A DNA stretch of 64,000 nucleotides from Gammaproteobacteria bacterium (GCA_965277405.1 OZ255726.1:1792001-1856000), one strand, 5' to 3'; counted from the first letter of the stretch, positions 50,897 to 61,389 are shown. A program made the numbers and translations. Notes: generated by a model from the sequence alone, not told the origin.

Positions 50897-53643
50897 TATG
50901 CGGGGGATATTGCGGCTAGGCCTTTGTGAATAACTTCGCGCAGGTCATTGCTGCACTGGGATGATTGCGCGCTTTGCAGTGCATCTTGCATTGCTTGTTG
51001 GCGTTTAAGGTCAAGTTTATTCCAACGGGTCAAGGCAACGGCCAGACGTGCTGCTATTTGTGGGTTGAAGGTGTCGATTCTGGATACTACATCGGCAATT
51101 ACACGATAGCCACTGCCATCAGCGCTATGAAATGCAACAGGGTTGTGCATGGAAAGTACCCCATATACAGCACGTACACGGTTTGGATTGCGCAGCGAAA
51201 ATGCAGGATGTTGTGCTAGCGCCGCAATATCCTGCAGCGTAGTGGGGTGCGGTCGACCTGCCTGAAGTTCAAACCATTGGTTGACCATGAGCGGGTCTTG
51301 TTGCCATTTGTTGTAAAACGCAGTGAGCAAGTCTGGAACGATCGCGGCGTTGGTAAATAAGTGCTGGTGGTGGACGAGGGCTTGGAGAGCCGCTTTGCCA
51401 TCAGTCATATTCGTTGCTGTCGTATATTGTCGTACCGCCAAAGCACTGTGGTCTGCTGTTGGATGGGAGAGCAACATCGATAACGCTAAATTTTGCAGGC
51501 GGCGTACCCCCGTTTGTTGCACACTGACGTCGTATGAACAGCTGGTGTTATACGCGTATAACTGCGTATACAGTTGCAGCCATTGGCTTGCAAATTGCTC
51601 GGCACATTCAGTGGTTAAAGTGTTTAAGTTGGCGTGCAACACAGCATAAGACTGCTGACTTTCATTGAGTAAATAGTTTAAATCTGGTAGCCGCAATATT
51701 TGTGATAGCAGGGCAAAACGTCTGCCAGAGGTGGTAATACTTGTTAAGCAATATTGTTGTGCTTGTTCCAATAGCGTGGCAAATATTTGCTGTAGGCAGC
51801 TGGCTGCAGCTGGATTATCCAAACAACCAGATTCAATCGCGCGCAGCTGTAAGATGCGCGCGGCATCCCAGCGCACAAAGTCATCGGTATCGTGTTGCGC
51901 CAACAAAACCAACCCAGCTAGTGGTTGTTGGTAGTGGATTTGTACAGGAGCAGAAAATCCGCGTAATAATGAGACAATCGGTGCTGTGTTGAGTGTATGA
52001 AACACAACCTGTTGTTGTGATGTATTACATTCAATAACACACTCTTGCTGGTTGGCAATGCCTTCACTGAATAGTGGTAATTGCTTACCTGCAGCATCGA
52101 ACAACGCGAGTCGGATTGGAATCAGCATTGGTTTGTTATCGCGCTGGCGTGGTAACGGCAAAAAAAACTGTTCAAATTGACACGTTAATGTTGCCGCAGC
52201 TGCGTCATATGTCGTGGTTATCTTTACCTGTGGTGTCCCTTCTTGGGAATACCACAACATAAACTGCTGCAAGTCTCTGCCGCTTGCTTGTTGCATACAG
52301 TCGATAAAGTTTTCAACGGTTGCCGCCTGACCGTCGAATGTTGCAAAGTAGCAGTCAGTCGCATTGCGAAATGTTGCCTTACCGAGTAATTGATACAGCA
52401 TGCGGATTAGTTCTGCCCCTTTCTCGTAGACCGTCAGGGTATAAAAATTACGAATTTCGACGTAGCTTGTTGGTCTGACAGGGTGGGCGGTAGCTGATGC
52501 GTCTTCAGCAAACTGTTGGGAGCGTAACACGATGACATCATCGATGCGCTTGAGTGCGGCAGAGTGCATAGCTGCGGTAAATTGCGAGTCTCGAAAAACC
52601 GTAAATCCTTCTTTTAAACTCAGTTGAAACCAGTCCCTGCAGGTGACACGATTTCCTGACCAATTATGAAAATATTCATGGGCAATAATCGCTTCAATTT
52701 TCTCAAAGGCAGCATCAACGCAGGTATCGCGGTGGGCAAGCACGCAACTTGTGTTAAAAATATTCAGCCCTTTATTCTCCATTGCCCCTGAATTAAAGTC
52801 GTCAGTTGCCACAATCATAAATTGGTCTAGGTCATATTCTCTGCCGTATTGTTGTTCATCCCAGCGCATGGCTTTTGCTAAAGCTTTGAGAGCAAAATCG
52901 CATTTATGGCTGTTGTGGTGCTCAACAAATATTTGCAATGGGATGATTTTGCCAGACTGGGTGGTAAACGTAGTTTGGGCACAGTGAAAATCGCCAGCAA
53001 CTAACGCAAACAGATAGCTTGGTTTGGGGTGTGGGTCATGCCATGTTGCAGTATGCCTACCACCAGCAAGCTGAGTTGATTCGATGAGATTTCCATTCGA
53101 TAATAGCTGCGGAAATAACTGCTTATCGCCGCGTAAAGTAACAGTGTATACCGCCAAGATATCTGGTCTATCCAGCATGAAGGTGATGCGGCGAAAGCCT
53201 TCAGCTTCGCATTGGGTACACAGCATTGCATTTGCTTGATACAACCCTTCAAGTGCATGGTTACTGCTGGGGTTGAGCGCGACTGTGGTTGTGAGTTGGC
53301 ATTGTGCCGGCAACGGCGCGTGGATTGTGAGGAGGGAATCTACATAGCTGTATGCCGCAGTTGGCAATGCGCCACCATCGATGGCAATTGCGCGTAATTG
53401 CAGCGACTCACCGTGAAGAATCAGCGGCGCATCATGGACGCGTTGCAGGGTGAGTGTGGCGTGGACTACGGTGTTGGCATAGTCCAAGTCAACGGTCAAT
53501 GCAACAGTGTTGACGCGCCATGGCGCGTGCGCATATTCTTTCAGTTTGCGAACGGGAAGTGTGGTCTCAGGGTTTTTCATGATATGCCTCATACGTTTGA
53601 GCGCCATAACTACGTTAGCGCCATGTTTCGACGGCGTTGCCAT
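50896..53643 (-). CDS. pepN: aminopeptidase N (start likely ~53580)
   Basis: TQCEAEGFRRI, GAMENKGLN, HEYFHNW, LKEG, NPNRVR. Confidence 0.96.
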   Translation of the reverse strand: MATPSKHGANVVMALKRMRHIMKNPETTLPVRKLKEYAHAPWRVNTVALTVDLDYANTVVHATLTLQRVHDAPLILHGESLQLRAIAIDGGALPTAAYSYVDSLLTIHAPLPAQCQLTTTVALNPSSNHALEGLYQANAMLCTQCEAEGFRRITFMLDRPDILAVYTVTLRGDKQLFPQLLSNGNLIESTQLAGGRHTATWHDPHPKPSYLFALVAGDFHCAQTTFTTQSGKIIPLQIFVEHHNSHKCDFALKALAKAMRWDEQQYGREYDLDQFMIVATDDFNSGAMENKGLNIFNTSCVLAHRDTCVDAAFEKIEAIIAHEYFHNWSGNRVTCRDWFQLSLKEGFTVFRDSQFTAAMHSAALKRIDDVIVLRSQQFAEDASATAHPVRPTSYVEIRNFYTLTVYEKGAELIRMLYQLLGKATFRNATDCYFATFDGQAATVENFIDCMQQASGRDLQQFMLWYSQEGTPQVKITTTYDAAAATLTCQFEQFFLPLPRQRDNKPMLIPIRLALFDAAGKQLPLFSEGIANQQECVIECNTSQQQVVFHTLNTAPIVSLLRGFSAPVQIHYQQPLAGLVLLAQHDTDDFVRWDAARILQLRAIESGCLDNPAAASCLQQIFATLLEQAQQYCLTSITTSGRRFALLSQILRLPDLNYLLNESQQSYAVLHANLNTLTTECAEQFASQWLQLYTQLYAYNTSCSYDVSVQQTGVRRLQNLALSMLLSHPTADHSALAVRQYTTATNMTDGKAALQALVHHQHLFTNAAIVPDLLTAFYNKWQQDPLMVNQWFELQAGRPHPTTLQDIAALAQHPAFSLRNPNRVRAVYGVLSMHNPVAFHSADGSGYRVIADVVSRIDTFNPQIAARLAVALTRWNKLDLKRQQAMQDALQSAQSSQCSNDLREVIHKGLAAISPA

Positions 53644-54196
53644 CTGATGTTACTAGCGATTGCATAGCTTGATCTGCTGCTGCAGCAAGTGTTTCTTTGT
53701 TGCAATATTCGCTTAAGTCGCGGTTGAGCTGTGCTGGATTGGTGAGAATGGAAAAACAATCAATTGGGGTGCTAAACACCCCGTAAGCCCAATCAACCAC
53801 ATTGTCTTCATCACTGACTAAAAAAGCTATTACACTGTATTGATAAGATTTTTTGGTGAGATTAAGATTATTAGGGTCGTAAATTGATTCCTTTTTGCGT
53901 AATTGGTGAAAGATAATCGACTGGTTATTATTCACATTTTCTTGCCGCCAACGATTGCGAACGTCTAATGTTAGATAGTGCAGCGGCGTGTACGCATTAT
54001 TGGTAATATTGTTGGCGATATTTAAACTCATTGGTGCGTTATAGATAGATGTATATTTTGTTCCAATCGTAGTGCGCAGCAGCAATTGGTCGGCAATTAA
54101 TTTCGAGGAAACTGGAACTCCATACCATTTTAATGGAGTTGAGCAACTGGAAAGTGATATTAGTAGGGTCAGTAATAAACAAAAACGTATGTACAT
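53615..54196 (-). CDS. hypothetical lipoprotein
   Basis: LSSC lipobox after a hydrophobic signal. Confidence 0.6.
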   Translation of the reverse strand: MYIRFCLLLTLLISLSSCSTPLKWYGVPVSSKLIADQLLLRTTIGTKYTSIYNAPMSLNIANNITNNAYTPLHYLTLDVRNRWRQENVNNNQSIIFHQLRKKESIYDPNNLNLTKKSYQYSVIAFLVSDEDNVVDWAYGVFSTPIDCFSILTNPAQLNRDLSEYCNKETLAAAADQAMQSLVTSDGNAVETWR

Positions 54197-54217
54197 AATC
54201 AGAGGTTCCGAGTTTCC

Positions 54218-55504
54218 TTAGCGTTTCAGGAACTCTTTGAGGGAATAATACCCCATACCTAGTGCCAGCAATGGCGACCGCAGCCAATGTCCACCAGGGA
54301 ATGGATGGTGATGTATTTTCATCCAATCATCAATATCATTGTTTATATTGGCTATAGCATCAGCAACAACTTGTGCAGCCACGTGGGTTACGTTGATGCC
54401 ATGACCAGAAAAAGCTTGTGCATAATACACATTTGGCTGCTCTAAGTGGCGTCCAATTTGTGGAATACGGTTCATGCCTATGCCAATTTGTCCCGACCAC
54501 GCATATTCAAACCGCGTAGCGGCAAGATAAGGGAATACTCTACGCATGTGGCTTGACAGTGTCGTACGAATATCTCCAATAACTTTGCCTGAATAATTAC
54601 AAACGCCGCCAAATAACAGTCGTTTATCTGGCGTAATGCGAAAATAATCAACCATCACCGTCATGTCTGAAAAAGCAATATTCTGTGGGTTTATCTGGGC
54701 AATTTGGGCATCACTTAATGGTTGGGTAGCAGCATTGTAGGCGCAGGCAGGCATTACTTTTGCAGCAATGTTGTTGTCGAGCCCGTGTTGCCAATAGCCA
54801 TTGCAGCACCAAACGATTGCATCGCAGGTTATGCTAGCACAGGCTGTTCTAATCTGAATTTTTTTACCGTAGTCAACTGCTATAACCTGACTGTTTTCAT
54901 AGATGCTAACTCCTGCATGTTGCGCGGCAATTGCTTCACCAAGCACCAGCTTAAGCGGATGGATATGCGCGCTGCCATAGTCGACCAATCCGCCTATGTA
55001 ACGTGGTGAATCGATATATTTTGTCAATGATTGGCTATCTAGTAATGCATATTTGTGGGGGTAGCCGTCTTGTTGCAATTGGGCATATTCAAACGCTAAA
55101 TCATCCATATGCCGTTGTTTCAGTGCAAGCTGGCAATGACCAAAATGCCAATCACAGTCAATGTTGTATTGTTGCATGCGCTGGTAGACCAGCTCCACAG
55201 AGGTAGACCCTGCGTGTTCGATGTTTTCGGCAATAGCAGGCGGAAGTCGGTCGTGCAATGCCGTGGATGGAGCGCTAAACCCGCGGATAACTTGTCCACC
55301 ATTGCGCCCTGAAGCACCCCAGCCAATTGTTTGCGCTTCAAGCAGAATTGTGTTGATATTGTGTTCGCTGAGTGACAGGGCGGTATTCACTCCAGCAAAA
55401 CCACCACCAATCACCACAACCCTGGCGTTGAGTTGACCGACACATTGTTGAAAGCTGGGAAGATCACAGCTTGCTGCGTACCATGAATTAATATGTTTAG
55501 TCAT
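54218..55504 (-). CDS. FAD-dependent oxidoreductase, gamma-glutamylputrescine oxidase (PuuB) family
   Basis: IGGGFAG, GASGRNGG, HPLKL, AFSGHG, FPGG. Confidence 0.85.
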   Translation of the reverse strand: MTKHINSWYAASCDLPSFQQCVGQLNARVVVIGGGFAGVNTALSLSEHNINTILLEAQTIGWGASGRNGGQVIRGFSAPSTALHDRLPPAIAENIEHAGSTSVELVYQRMQQYNIDCDWHFGHCQLALKQRHMDDLAFEYAQLQQDGYPHKYALLDSQSLTKYIDSPRYIGGLVDYGSAHIHPLKLVLGEAIAAQHAGVSIYENSQVIAVDYGKKIQIRTACASITCDAIVWCCNGYWQHGLDNNIAAKVMPACAYNAATQPLSDAQIAQINPQNIAFSDMTVMVDYFRITPDKRLLFGGVCNYSGKVIGDIRTTLSSHMRRVFPYLAATRFEYAWSGQIGIGMNRIPQIGRHLEQPNVYYAQAFSGHGINVTHVAAQVVADAIANINNDIDDWMKIHHHPFPGGHWLRSPLLALGMGYYSLKEFLKR

Positions 55505-55566
55505 ACTTCTTATTGTTTACAATACAATGGTTACAATATTAGCACATTACGTATTAATCACAGAAA

Positions 55567-56922
55567 ATGGATATAAACCAACTGAAGAAAGTACAAGACT
55601 GGCTATATGAACGTGATATAACAGAAGTTGAGTGTGTTATTGGCGATTTTGGCGGGGTAGCGCGTGGGAAAATTGCTCCAGTCAATAAGTTTGTTCAAGA
55701 AAAAGGCATGCGCCTACCAGAAAGCGTATTATTACAAAGCATTACGGGAGCATATGTCGAAGATAAGCTATATTATTCATTGCTCGATAAAAGTGATATT
55801 GATTTCTATTGTGAGCCAGATTGTGATGCGATGTTTGAGCTACCATGGCTAGATGAACGCAGTGCGTTAGTTATTCATAATAGTTATTACCGTGATGGGC
55901 AACCAGTAAATTTATCTCCCAGAAACGTGTTGAAACAAGTGTTATCAATGTACGAGGAAAAAGGCTGGACACCAATCATTGCCCCAGAAATGGAATTTTA
56001 TTTGACAGCCAAAAATAATGATCCTGATTATCCATTAAAACCGCCTGTTGGTAGCTCAGGGAGGTATGAAAGTGGTAGACAGTCGTTTTCTATTGCCGCA
56101 ACAAATGAATTTCAACTATTATTTGAAGACATGTATGCATGGTGTGAAAAGCAGGGGTTGAATATCGACACGCTAATCCATGAAGAGGGTACTGCGCAAA
56201 TGGAAATTAATTTTTGTCATGACAGCGCATTGTTGCTCGCTGACCACGTGTTTGTGTTTAAACGCACCCTGCGCGAAGCTGCGAAAAAACATAATATTGT
56301 TGCTACGTTTATGGCAAAGCCGATCACCAATGAACCAGGAAGTTCAATGCACATTCATCAAAGTATTGTTGACGCGGCTGGAAAAAATATTTTTATTGAC
56401 GCCGCTGGAGAAAAAACGGAGTTGTTTTTTCATTACATTGGTGGCTTGCAACAGCTCATGGTGCATATGCTGCCGTTGGTTGCCCCAAACGTGAACTCAT
56501 TTCGCAGGTTTTTGCCAAACTCATCAACGCCAATTAATACCTGCTGGGGCTATGAAAATCGGAATTGTTCAATCCGTATTCCTGAGTCAACTTTACAAGC
56601 AACGCGAGCAGAAAACCGAATTGCAGGTGCCGATGCAAATAGCTATTTGGCGATCGCGGCAAGCCTGCTCGGTGGATATATTGGCATGGTCGAACGCATC
56701 GCACCAACTGCACCGACAGAAGGTCGTGATGATATTTCTAAAAATGATTTTCCGCAAACGCTCAATGCCGCGCTGGATATTATGCAACAAAGCATAATCC
56801 TACCAAAGTACATCGATAATAGTTTCCTTAAGGCATATATCGCGACCAAGCGGGTTGAGTTGGGTGAATTTGATAAAGTAATCAGTGCTTGGGAACGTGA
56901 GTTTTTATTATTGAGCGTGTAG
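55567..56922 (+). CDS. glutamine synthetase-like gamma-glutamyl-polyamine synthetase (PuuA/SpuB type)
   Basis: ARGK, APEMEFYL, HEEGTAQMEIN, FMAKP, GSSMHIHQS, ENR, ISAWEREFLLLSV. Confidence 0.88.
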   Translation: MDINQLKKVQDWLYERDITEVECVIGDFGGVARGKIAPVNKFVQEKGMRLPESVLLQSITGAYVEDKLYYSLLDKSDIDFYCEPDCDAMFELPWLDERSALVIHNSYYRDGQPVNLSPRNVLKQVLSMYEEKGWTPIIAPEMEFYLTAKNNDPDYPLKPPVGSSGRYESGRQSFSIAATNEFQLLFEDMYAWCEKQGLNIDTLIHEEGTAQMEINFCHDSALLLADHVFVFKRTLREAAKKHNIVATFMAKPITNEPGSSMHIHQSIVDAAGKNIFIDAAGEKTELFFHYIGGLQQLMVHMLPLVAPNVNSFRRFLPNSSTPINTCWGYENRNCSIRIPESTLQATRAENRIAGADANSYLAIAASLLGGYIGMVERIAPTAPTEGRDDISKNDFPQTLNAALDIMQQSIILPKYIDNSFLKAYIATKRVELGEFDKVISAWEREFLLLSV

Positions 56923-57024
56923 TCGGGTTATCTATATTCAATCAGCATTTCAATGTCGCGTGCACCTTTGATGAGCTTGGCAACAACAATTTTACTGATT
57001 ACATCAAGCGAGAGTCGTTGTTTG

Positions 57025-57077
57025 GGAACCTCTGATCAACTCGCTGATGAAGCAAGTTTGTTGCCAATTGCTGATGC
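57025..57077 (-). mobile_element. MITE right-end fragment overlapping the NfeD C-terminus
   Basis: GGAACCTCTGATCAACTCGCTGATGAAGCAAGTTTGTTGCCAATTGCTGATG matches the reverse complement of the MITE right end. Confidence 0.8.
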
Positions 57078-57554
57078 GGTGGCGGGTATTACCTTAAACA
57101 CGCCAACTTCAACCGAGCAGACCTTGACTGTTGCCCCAGAGGGAATGCGTGCAATATTTGCATTTGGGGCGAGTTCAACGCGCCAGTTGATGCCAGAATA
57201 TTGCGTCGTGCTAGCTTGTGCTGACGTTATGTCGCTATCGATAACAAACATGTGACCGACCAAGTCGCTGCTGTTATCTTTGGCGATTGGACCCTTGCCT
57301 TGCAGGCGTTTGAATGGTATCCATAGCAACGCGGTGATGATACCTGTCCAAATGCCTGTACTGGCAATGCCGAAAACCCAAGACTCAGCAAGCACACCAG
57401 TCGTCATCAATATGCCTGTGGTCAGTGCAGCAAGCCCAGTAAATATAAACACACCTGTGCTAAAACCGCTGATGATTTCGATGATGAGCATCATGAAGCC
57501 GAAAAACAACCAAAACTGGGTTGGATGGCTTTGAATATACTCAATAATAATTAT
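57036..57554 (-). CDS. NfeD-like (YbbJ-type) protein; start uncertain
   Basis: TM segments, SSDLVG, YSGINWRV, OB-fold-like C-terminus; downstream of SPFH gene. Confidence 0.75.
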   Translation of the reverse strand: MIIIEYIQSHPTQFWLFFGFMMLIIEIISGFSTGVFIFTGLAALTTGILMTTGVLAESWVFGIASTGIWTGIITALLWIPFKRLQGKGPIAKDNSSDLVGHMFVIDSDITSAQASTTQYSGINWRVELAPNANIARIPSGATVKVCSVEVGVFKVIPATASAIGNKLASSAS

Positions 57555-57562
57555 CGTATTCC

Positions 57563-58510
57563 TTAAGAATTTTTGCTGTTTAGCGTGTTTATAATCGTCA
57601 TCGCTTCAGCAACCACATTGGCAGCATTAGATTTGCCTTCAGGCAACAGCACAACAGTTGAGTCTTTCGCAATTGCGCGTTTCGCCTCAATTGCTTTTTC
57701 GGCAAGATTGAGTTGAATCGCTTTTTGCCCTACAGGCGTATCTGCGACTTGTCCAACGGTATCTAGCGCTTTTGCTTGTGCATCGGCGACTGCAATAATT
57801 GCTTGCGCTTCACCTTCTGCGCGTAAGATTTGCTCGGTTTTATCTGCTTCTGCGGAGAGCACTTGGGCCTGCTTGGCTCCTTCTGCAACATTGATTGCCG
57901 ATTGGCGGGTTCCTTCGGATTCTAAAATAGTAGCGCGTTTTTCTCGCTCAGCTTTCATTTGGCGTTCCATCGCGTCAAGGATAGTACGTGGTGGTTCGAT
58001 GTCTTTAATTTCATAGCGCAGCACTTGGACACCCCATGGTTCTGATGCTGAGTTTATCGAAGAGACGATGTTGCTATTGAGACTCTCGCGCTCTTCAAAA
58101 GTTTTGTCTAAATCAATTTTACCAATTTCACTGCGCATCGTGGTTTGTGCGAGTTGGGTAATGGCGAAGGAATAGTTCTCCACACCATATGATGCTTTAT
58201 AGGCGTCGAGAATTTTAAGATACAACACTCCATCAACAACCAATGAGATATTATCCTTGGTGATGGCAGCTTGGCTGGGCACATCGTAGGCCTGTTCTTT
58301 TAAGGATTGGTTGTACGATACTTTGTCAATGAAAGGGACAAGCATGTTAAGACCAGCGGTCATAGTGGTGTTGTATTTACCAAACCGTTCAACTACAAGC
58401 GCGCGGTTTTGTGGCACAAACTTGATTGAAAATTTGACCATGATAATAACCAAGATGGTCAAACCCACCCAAAAGTTAAAAATAAGACCTAATAGTTGCT
58501 CAATGTTCAT
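57563..58510 (-). CDS. SPFH/band 7 (stomatin-like, QmcA-type) protein
   Basis: VERFGKY, ITKDN, AQTTMRSEIG, WGVQVLRYEIKDI, QMKAEREKRA. Confidence 0.93.
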   Translation of the reverse strand: MNIEQLLGLIFNFWVGLTILVIIMVKFSIKFVPQNRALVVERFGKYNTTMTAGLNMLVPFIDKVSYNQSLKEQAYDVPSQAAITKDNISLVVDGVLYLKILDAYKASYGVENYSFAITQLAQTTMRSEIGKIDLDKTFEERESLNSNIVSSINSASEPWGVQVLRYEIKDIEPPRTILDAMERQMKAEREKRATILESEGTRQSAINVAEGAKQAQVLSAEADKTEQILRAEGEAQAIIAVADAQAKALDTVGQVADTPVGQKAIQLNLAEKAIEAKRAIAKDSTVVLLPEGKSNAANVVAEAMTIINTLNSKNS

Positions 58511-58720
58511 TGATAGTACTCGCTGTCCTTTAAGATAAAAATTTATTATAGCGGCTCACTATGATAAATGTGAAGTGCCGTGCGTTAATCGAATCTTTGC
58601 AAATGTATCAGTTAAGACTGGCTGCAATCTTATTGTTTTTTGGAAGATATCCATGCGGCTACTATCTCAAGAAACTCACACTCATAGCACCAAACAACAC
58701 ACTCATGCTTGATTATCTAA

Positions 58721-58943
58721 GGAAGCTCTGATTAAGTCCATGACGGGCGAGACGGAGCAAAAACGCTGCTGATAAATTAAGCGCAGTGCGCAGATAATAC
58801 TGCTGGGTATTATTAAGTGCTGCAACGACGTTAGTGCAGCGGTTTTGCTCAGTTCTTCTGTTGAATATACTTTGGGTTTGCGCCGTGCAATCATCAGCAA
58901 TTGCAGGCAAACTCGCTCACTCGGCGGCTTAATCAGAGGTTCC
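58721..58943 (+). mobile_element. MITE copy, 223 bp, CTAA TSD
   Basis: CTAA-GGAAGCTCTGATTAAG ... CTTAATCAGAGGTTCC-CTAA. Confidence 0.93.
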
Positions 58944-59023
58944 CTAAGCATATGAGGCGTTATTTTTTTTAGCCCTGCCCTCTGGTAGCTGGCAGTAACT
59001 AATTTGTTGATACTATTACGGCA

Positions 59024-59229
59024 AATGAATGCTTAATGAACCTTTGATTAAGGTAATATTTGCACCCAATTGTGCTCACGATAACAGCAATGCGTCAATA
59101 TTTTCTATTGTTTATCTCCGTGTCGTCGTCACTTTTCTTCTGTATAACTTTCACTTTTCCATTCATTGCATACAGCTTGGCTATTTTCGAACCCCTATCT
59201 AGCCAATAAATTAAGCGTAGCGTTGCTAA
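59024..59229 (+). repeat. left arm of a 206-bp inverted repeat (diverged IS5 right end)
   Basis: Reverse complement of 62837-63042 with about 7 mismatches; contains TIR-like TGAACCTTTGATTAAG. Confidence 0.92.
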
Positions 59230-59374
59230 CATCTCCATGTGTTCATACCACCGTGTAATCGTTTCGATCAAATCATGCATTTCACGAATTATATTTTGCA
59301 TGTGTAGAGACCATCGCAATAACATATGTTTTCATAAAAAATATCTTTATTCCTCATTACTCAAAAATCATCCT

Positions 59375-59780
59375 ATGCGTGTATCAACAGGTCAGAATCT
59401 TAGTTTTACTGATGCTTTGGGAGGAAATCCCCTCTAGTGAACTTGATTGTTTGGAAGAGCTCATACATTGGAAAGATCTGCGCCAACACCTGCGCATTGT
59501 GGCTGGAGACTATGACAATATCAGTATGTTTAAAATACTGTTATTAACAACATGGTACACCTTAGCGGATGAAGCAGTGAGCCATGCAGTTACTCGCGAT
59601 TTAGTTTGCATGAAGTTTGGTAATTTTACTCTTGCAGGCTGCTTGTGCGGCAATGTGTGTCTGTTTGCGGAAAAGGTAGTGGAACATAATCTTTTCAAAG
59701 CCCTCCTTAGATAGCAGCAATGCTGCCATTGAACGTCAAGGCTTTAAACTTAGCAATGCCAATATGTATCGGCGGATGCA
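59375..59780 (+). pseudogene. decayed IS5-family transposase N-terminal fragment
   Basis: LIHW..L, MFKILLLTTWYTLADE..V.RDL.CMKF resembles the IS5 MFKxLLLQxWxxLSD region; frameshifts and stops. Confidence 0.7.
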
Positions 59781-59844
59781 TGGGGTGTTGCAGTGGTCTT
59801 CTAGTAGGCTTTATATGCAGGTATACAGAATAGTCAAGAAAAAA

Positions 59845-59937
59845 GTAGATAGGTAGAGAGATAAAGAATGTAAGAAAGTAGAGACGTAAATAAGTCTACT
59901 AGTAGATAGGTAAAAAAGCAGTCTAGTAATACGGGTA
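59845..59937. repeat. degenerate 8-bp-period array (GTA boxes)
   Basis: GTA or a one-base variant recurs every 8 nt (two 9-nt steps) for 12 units. Confidence 0.7.
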
Positions 59938-60146
59938 TAAAACTTGACTTTGTTTTATTTTGAATAGGATAGGGGTATCGACAAAAAATTATTATGTATA
60001 TTTTTTACATAATTTCATTTAGCGCCAAACATGGGAATAGATGAAGTTTTTTGTAGATACTAAATGACATCTGTTTCCTTTTTTGTGTATGGAAATAGGT
60101 GGTTTGTCGCTAAACAGGAAGCCCATATAAGGGGTTTTCTTTTAAT

Positions 60147-60464
60147 TTACAAGTTTTTATTTGTTATGCGTTCGTCTAAAATAGAACGCCATTGACGATG
60201 AAGCTCCGCAACGAGATAAACGGCAACTTGTTTTTTGTCTTCGTTGGGCTCGTAGGCAACAATATAATTATCCAACACAAACAATCTAATTCCGTCTTTA
60301 TAAGAAACGCCAGAAAAGGGCAGGGTAGATAATGTATTTTTTGTGAGCTCTTGGAGTTTATCAATAAATCTAAGAGCATTTTTTGGACTGTCAGTGGCTA
60401 TATAGTCAAGTATTTCATAAAAATCCTGATTAGCAATATCAGTGAAAATAACTTCATAATTCAT
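60147..60464 (-). CDS. ParE/RelE family toxin
   Basis: YEVIFTDIANQDFYEILDYIATDSP..A, P.SG, NYIVAY, RQW. Confidence 0.88.
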   Translation of the reverse strand: MNYEVIFTDIANQDFYEILDYIATDSPKNALRFIDKLQELTKNTLSTLPFSGVSYKDGIRLFVLDNYIVAYEPNEDKKQVAVYLVAELHRQWRSILDERITNKNL

Positions 60465-60467
60465 GCG

Positions 60468-60725
60468 TTAGGCAAGGTTAGACATATATTTGCCTTTGAC
60501 ATAATCACGGGCTTTATCAAAATAAGCATCATCAGCAACAGTGAATTTACCGTCCTCTACTTGTTGGCGTCCTAGAGCTATACGCTCATCAAGTTGTGAG
60601 TTTATAGACGACTTGATTTGATTTCTTAACGCTTCACGGATTACCTCACTTGCTGAGGCGTAATGCCCTGTTTCAAGTTGGCCAGCTACGTATTCTTCTA
60701 GGACTTTGGTTAGAGATATGTTCAT
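60468..60725 (-). CDS. ParD-like antitoxin (RHH, CC2985-type)
   Basis: MNISLT..LEEYV..QLETGHYASASEVIREALR; directly upstream of parE. Confidence 0.9.
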   Translation of the reverse strand: MNISLTKVLEEYVAGQLETGHYASASEVIREALRNQIKSSINSQLDERIALGRQQVEDGKFTVADDAYFDKARDYVKGKYMSNLA

Positions 60726-60907
60726 GTTTACTCTTATTAAAAAAAAATAATTTAACACTAAACAGTATATATAAATAACAAAAAATGTCAATTCTTGTTA
60801 TTTTTAGGTATAAGCCTTTAGGAGAAATTGCAAGCTATAGCAAAAAATGTTGACATTAGCACAAAATCCTATTTCATTGCTAGCATAGGTTTATTTTCTA
60901 ACGAGGT

Positions 60908-61096
60908 GTGATTATGACTACGAAATCTATAAGCGTTTCCGCTAATATTCCCGTAGAGCTAGGAGAGATGCTAGACAAAGTTTCACGGGCTGAGGAAAGG
61001 TCTAAAAGCTACTACATCAAAAAAGGGCTAGAGCAATTATTGAGAGATAGGCTAGAGGATTTAGAGGACTATCAAGACGCAAATACTGCTCGATAA
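60908..61096 (+). CDS. orphan RHH/CopG-type antitoxin (RelB-like), no toxin downstream
   Basis: ISVSANIP.EL..MLDKVS..EERSKSYYIKKGLE..LEDLEDY; SD GAGGTG; TTGACA upstream. Confidence 0.75.
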   Translation: MIMTTKSISVSANIPVELGEMLDKVSRAEERSKSYYIKKGLEQLLRDRLEDLEDYQDANTAR

Positions 61097-61099
61097 TAG

Positions 61100-61389
61100 T
61101 TATTAATACTAATTGATGTCCACGGATGAATGCCAGCAGCAGAGCGATTATAATCCCAATCCCCTCGCCTTGCCTTTTAGCTGAATCAAACCTTTGCCAT
61201 GTATAACCGTTTTGAGTTTTTCAGATATGCTCTTGTAATTTTTCATTGTTTTGACGCCCAAGACATTGTGAAGGATGCCATTGCTCCGGCAGCAGGTCAA
61301 TCTCTACTAACGTAACCGATAGCATATGCATTTGCAGTAAAAATACATGCAACAATTAATAGAAATGTAAAGTTAAAATATTTTTTCAT
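61100..61389 (-). pseudogene. remnant of a secreted-protein gene
   Basis: GGGAG SD then MKKYFNFTFLLIVACIFTANAYA signal peptide followed by an early stop. Confidence 0.4.

Noticed and set aside
59095-59325. 76-aa ORF overlapping the left inverted-repeat arm
   Set aside because: The equivalent frame has a stop in the right arm; lies in IS-end-like sequence
59990-60015. ATTATGTA-N7-TACATAAT palindrome as a dif/Xer site
   Set aside because: Does not match the 11-6-11 XerC/XerD consensus; could be an operator but there is no supporting evidence
60466-60484. GTTAGGC / GTTAGAC as integron core sites in the TA cluster
   Set aside because: They fall at the parD stop and parE start junction with no complementary attC arm
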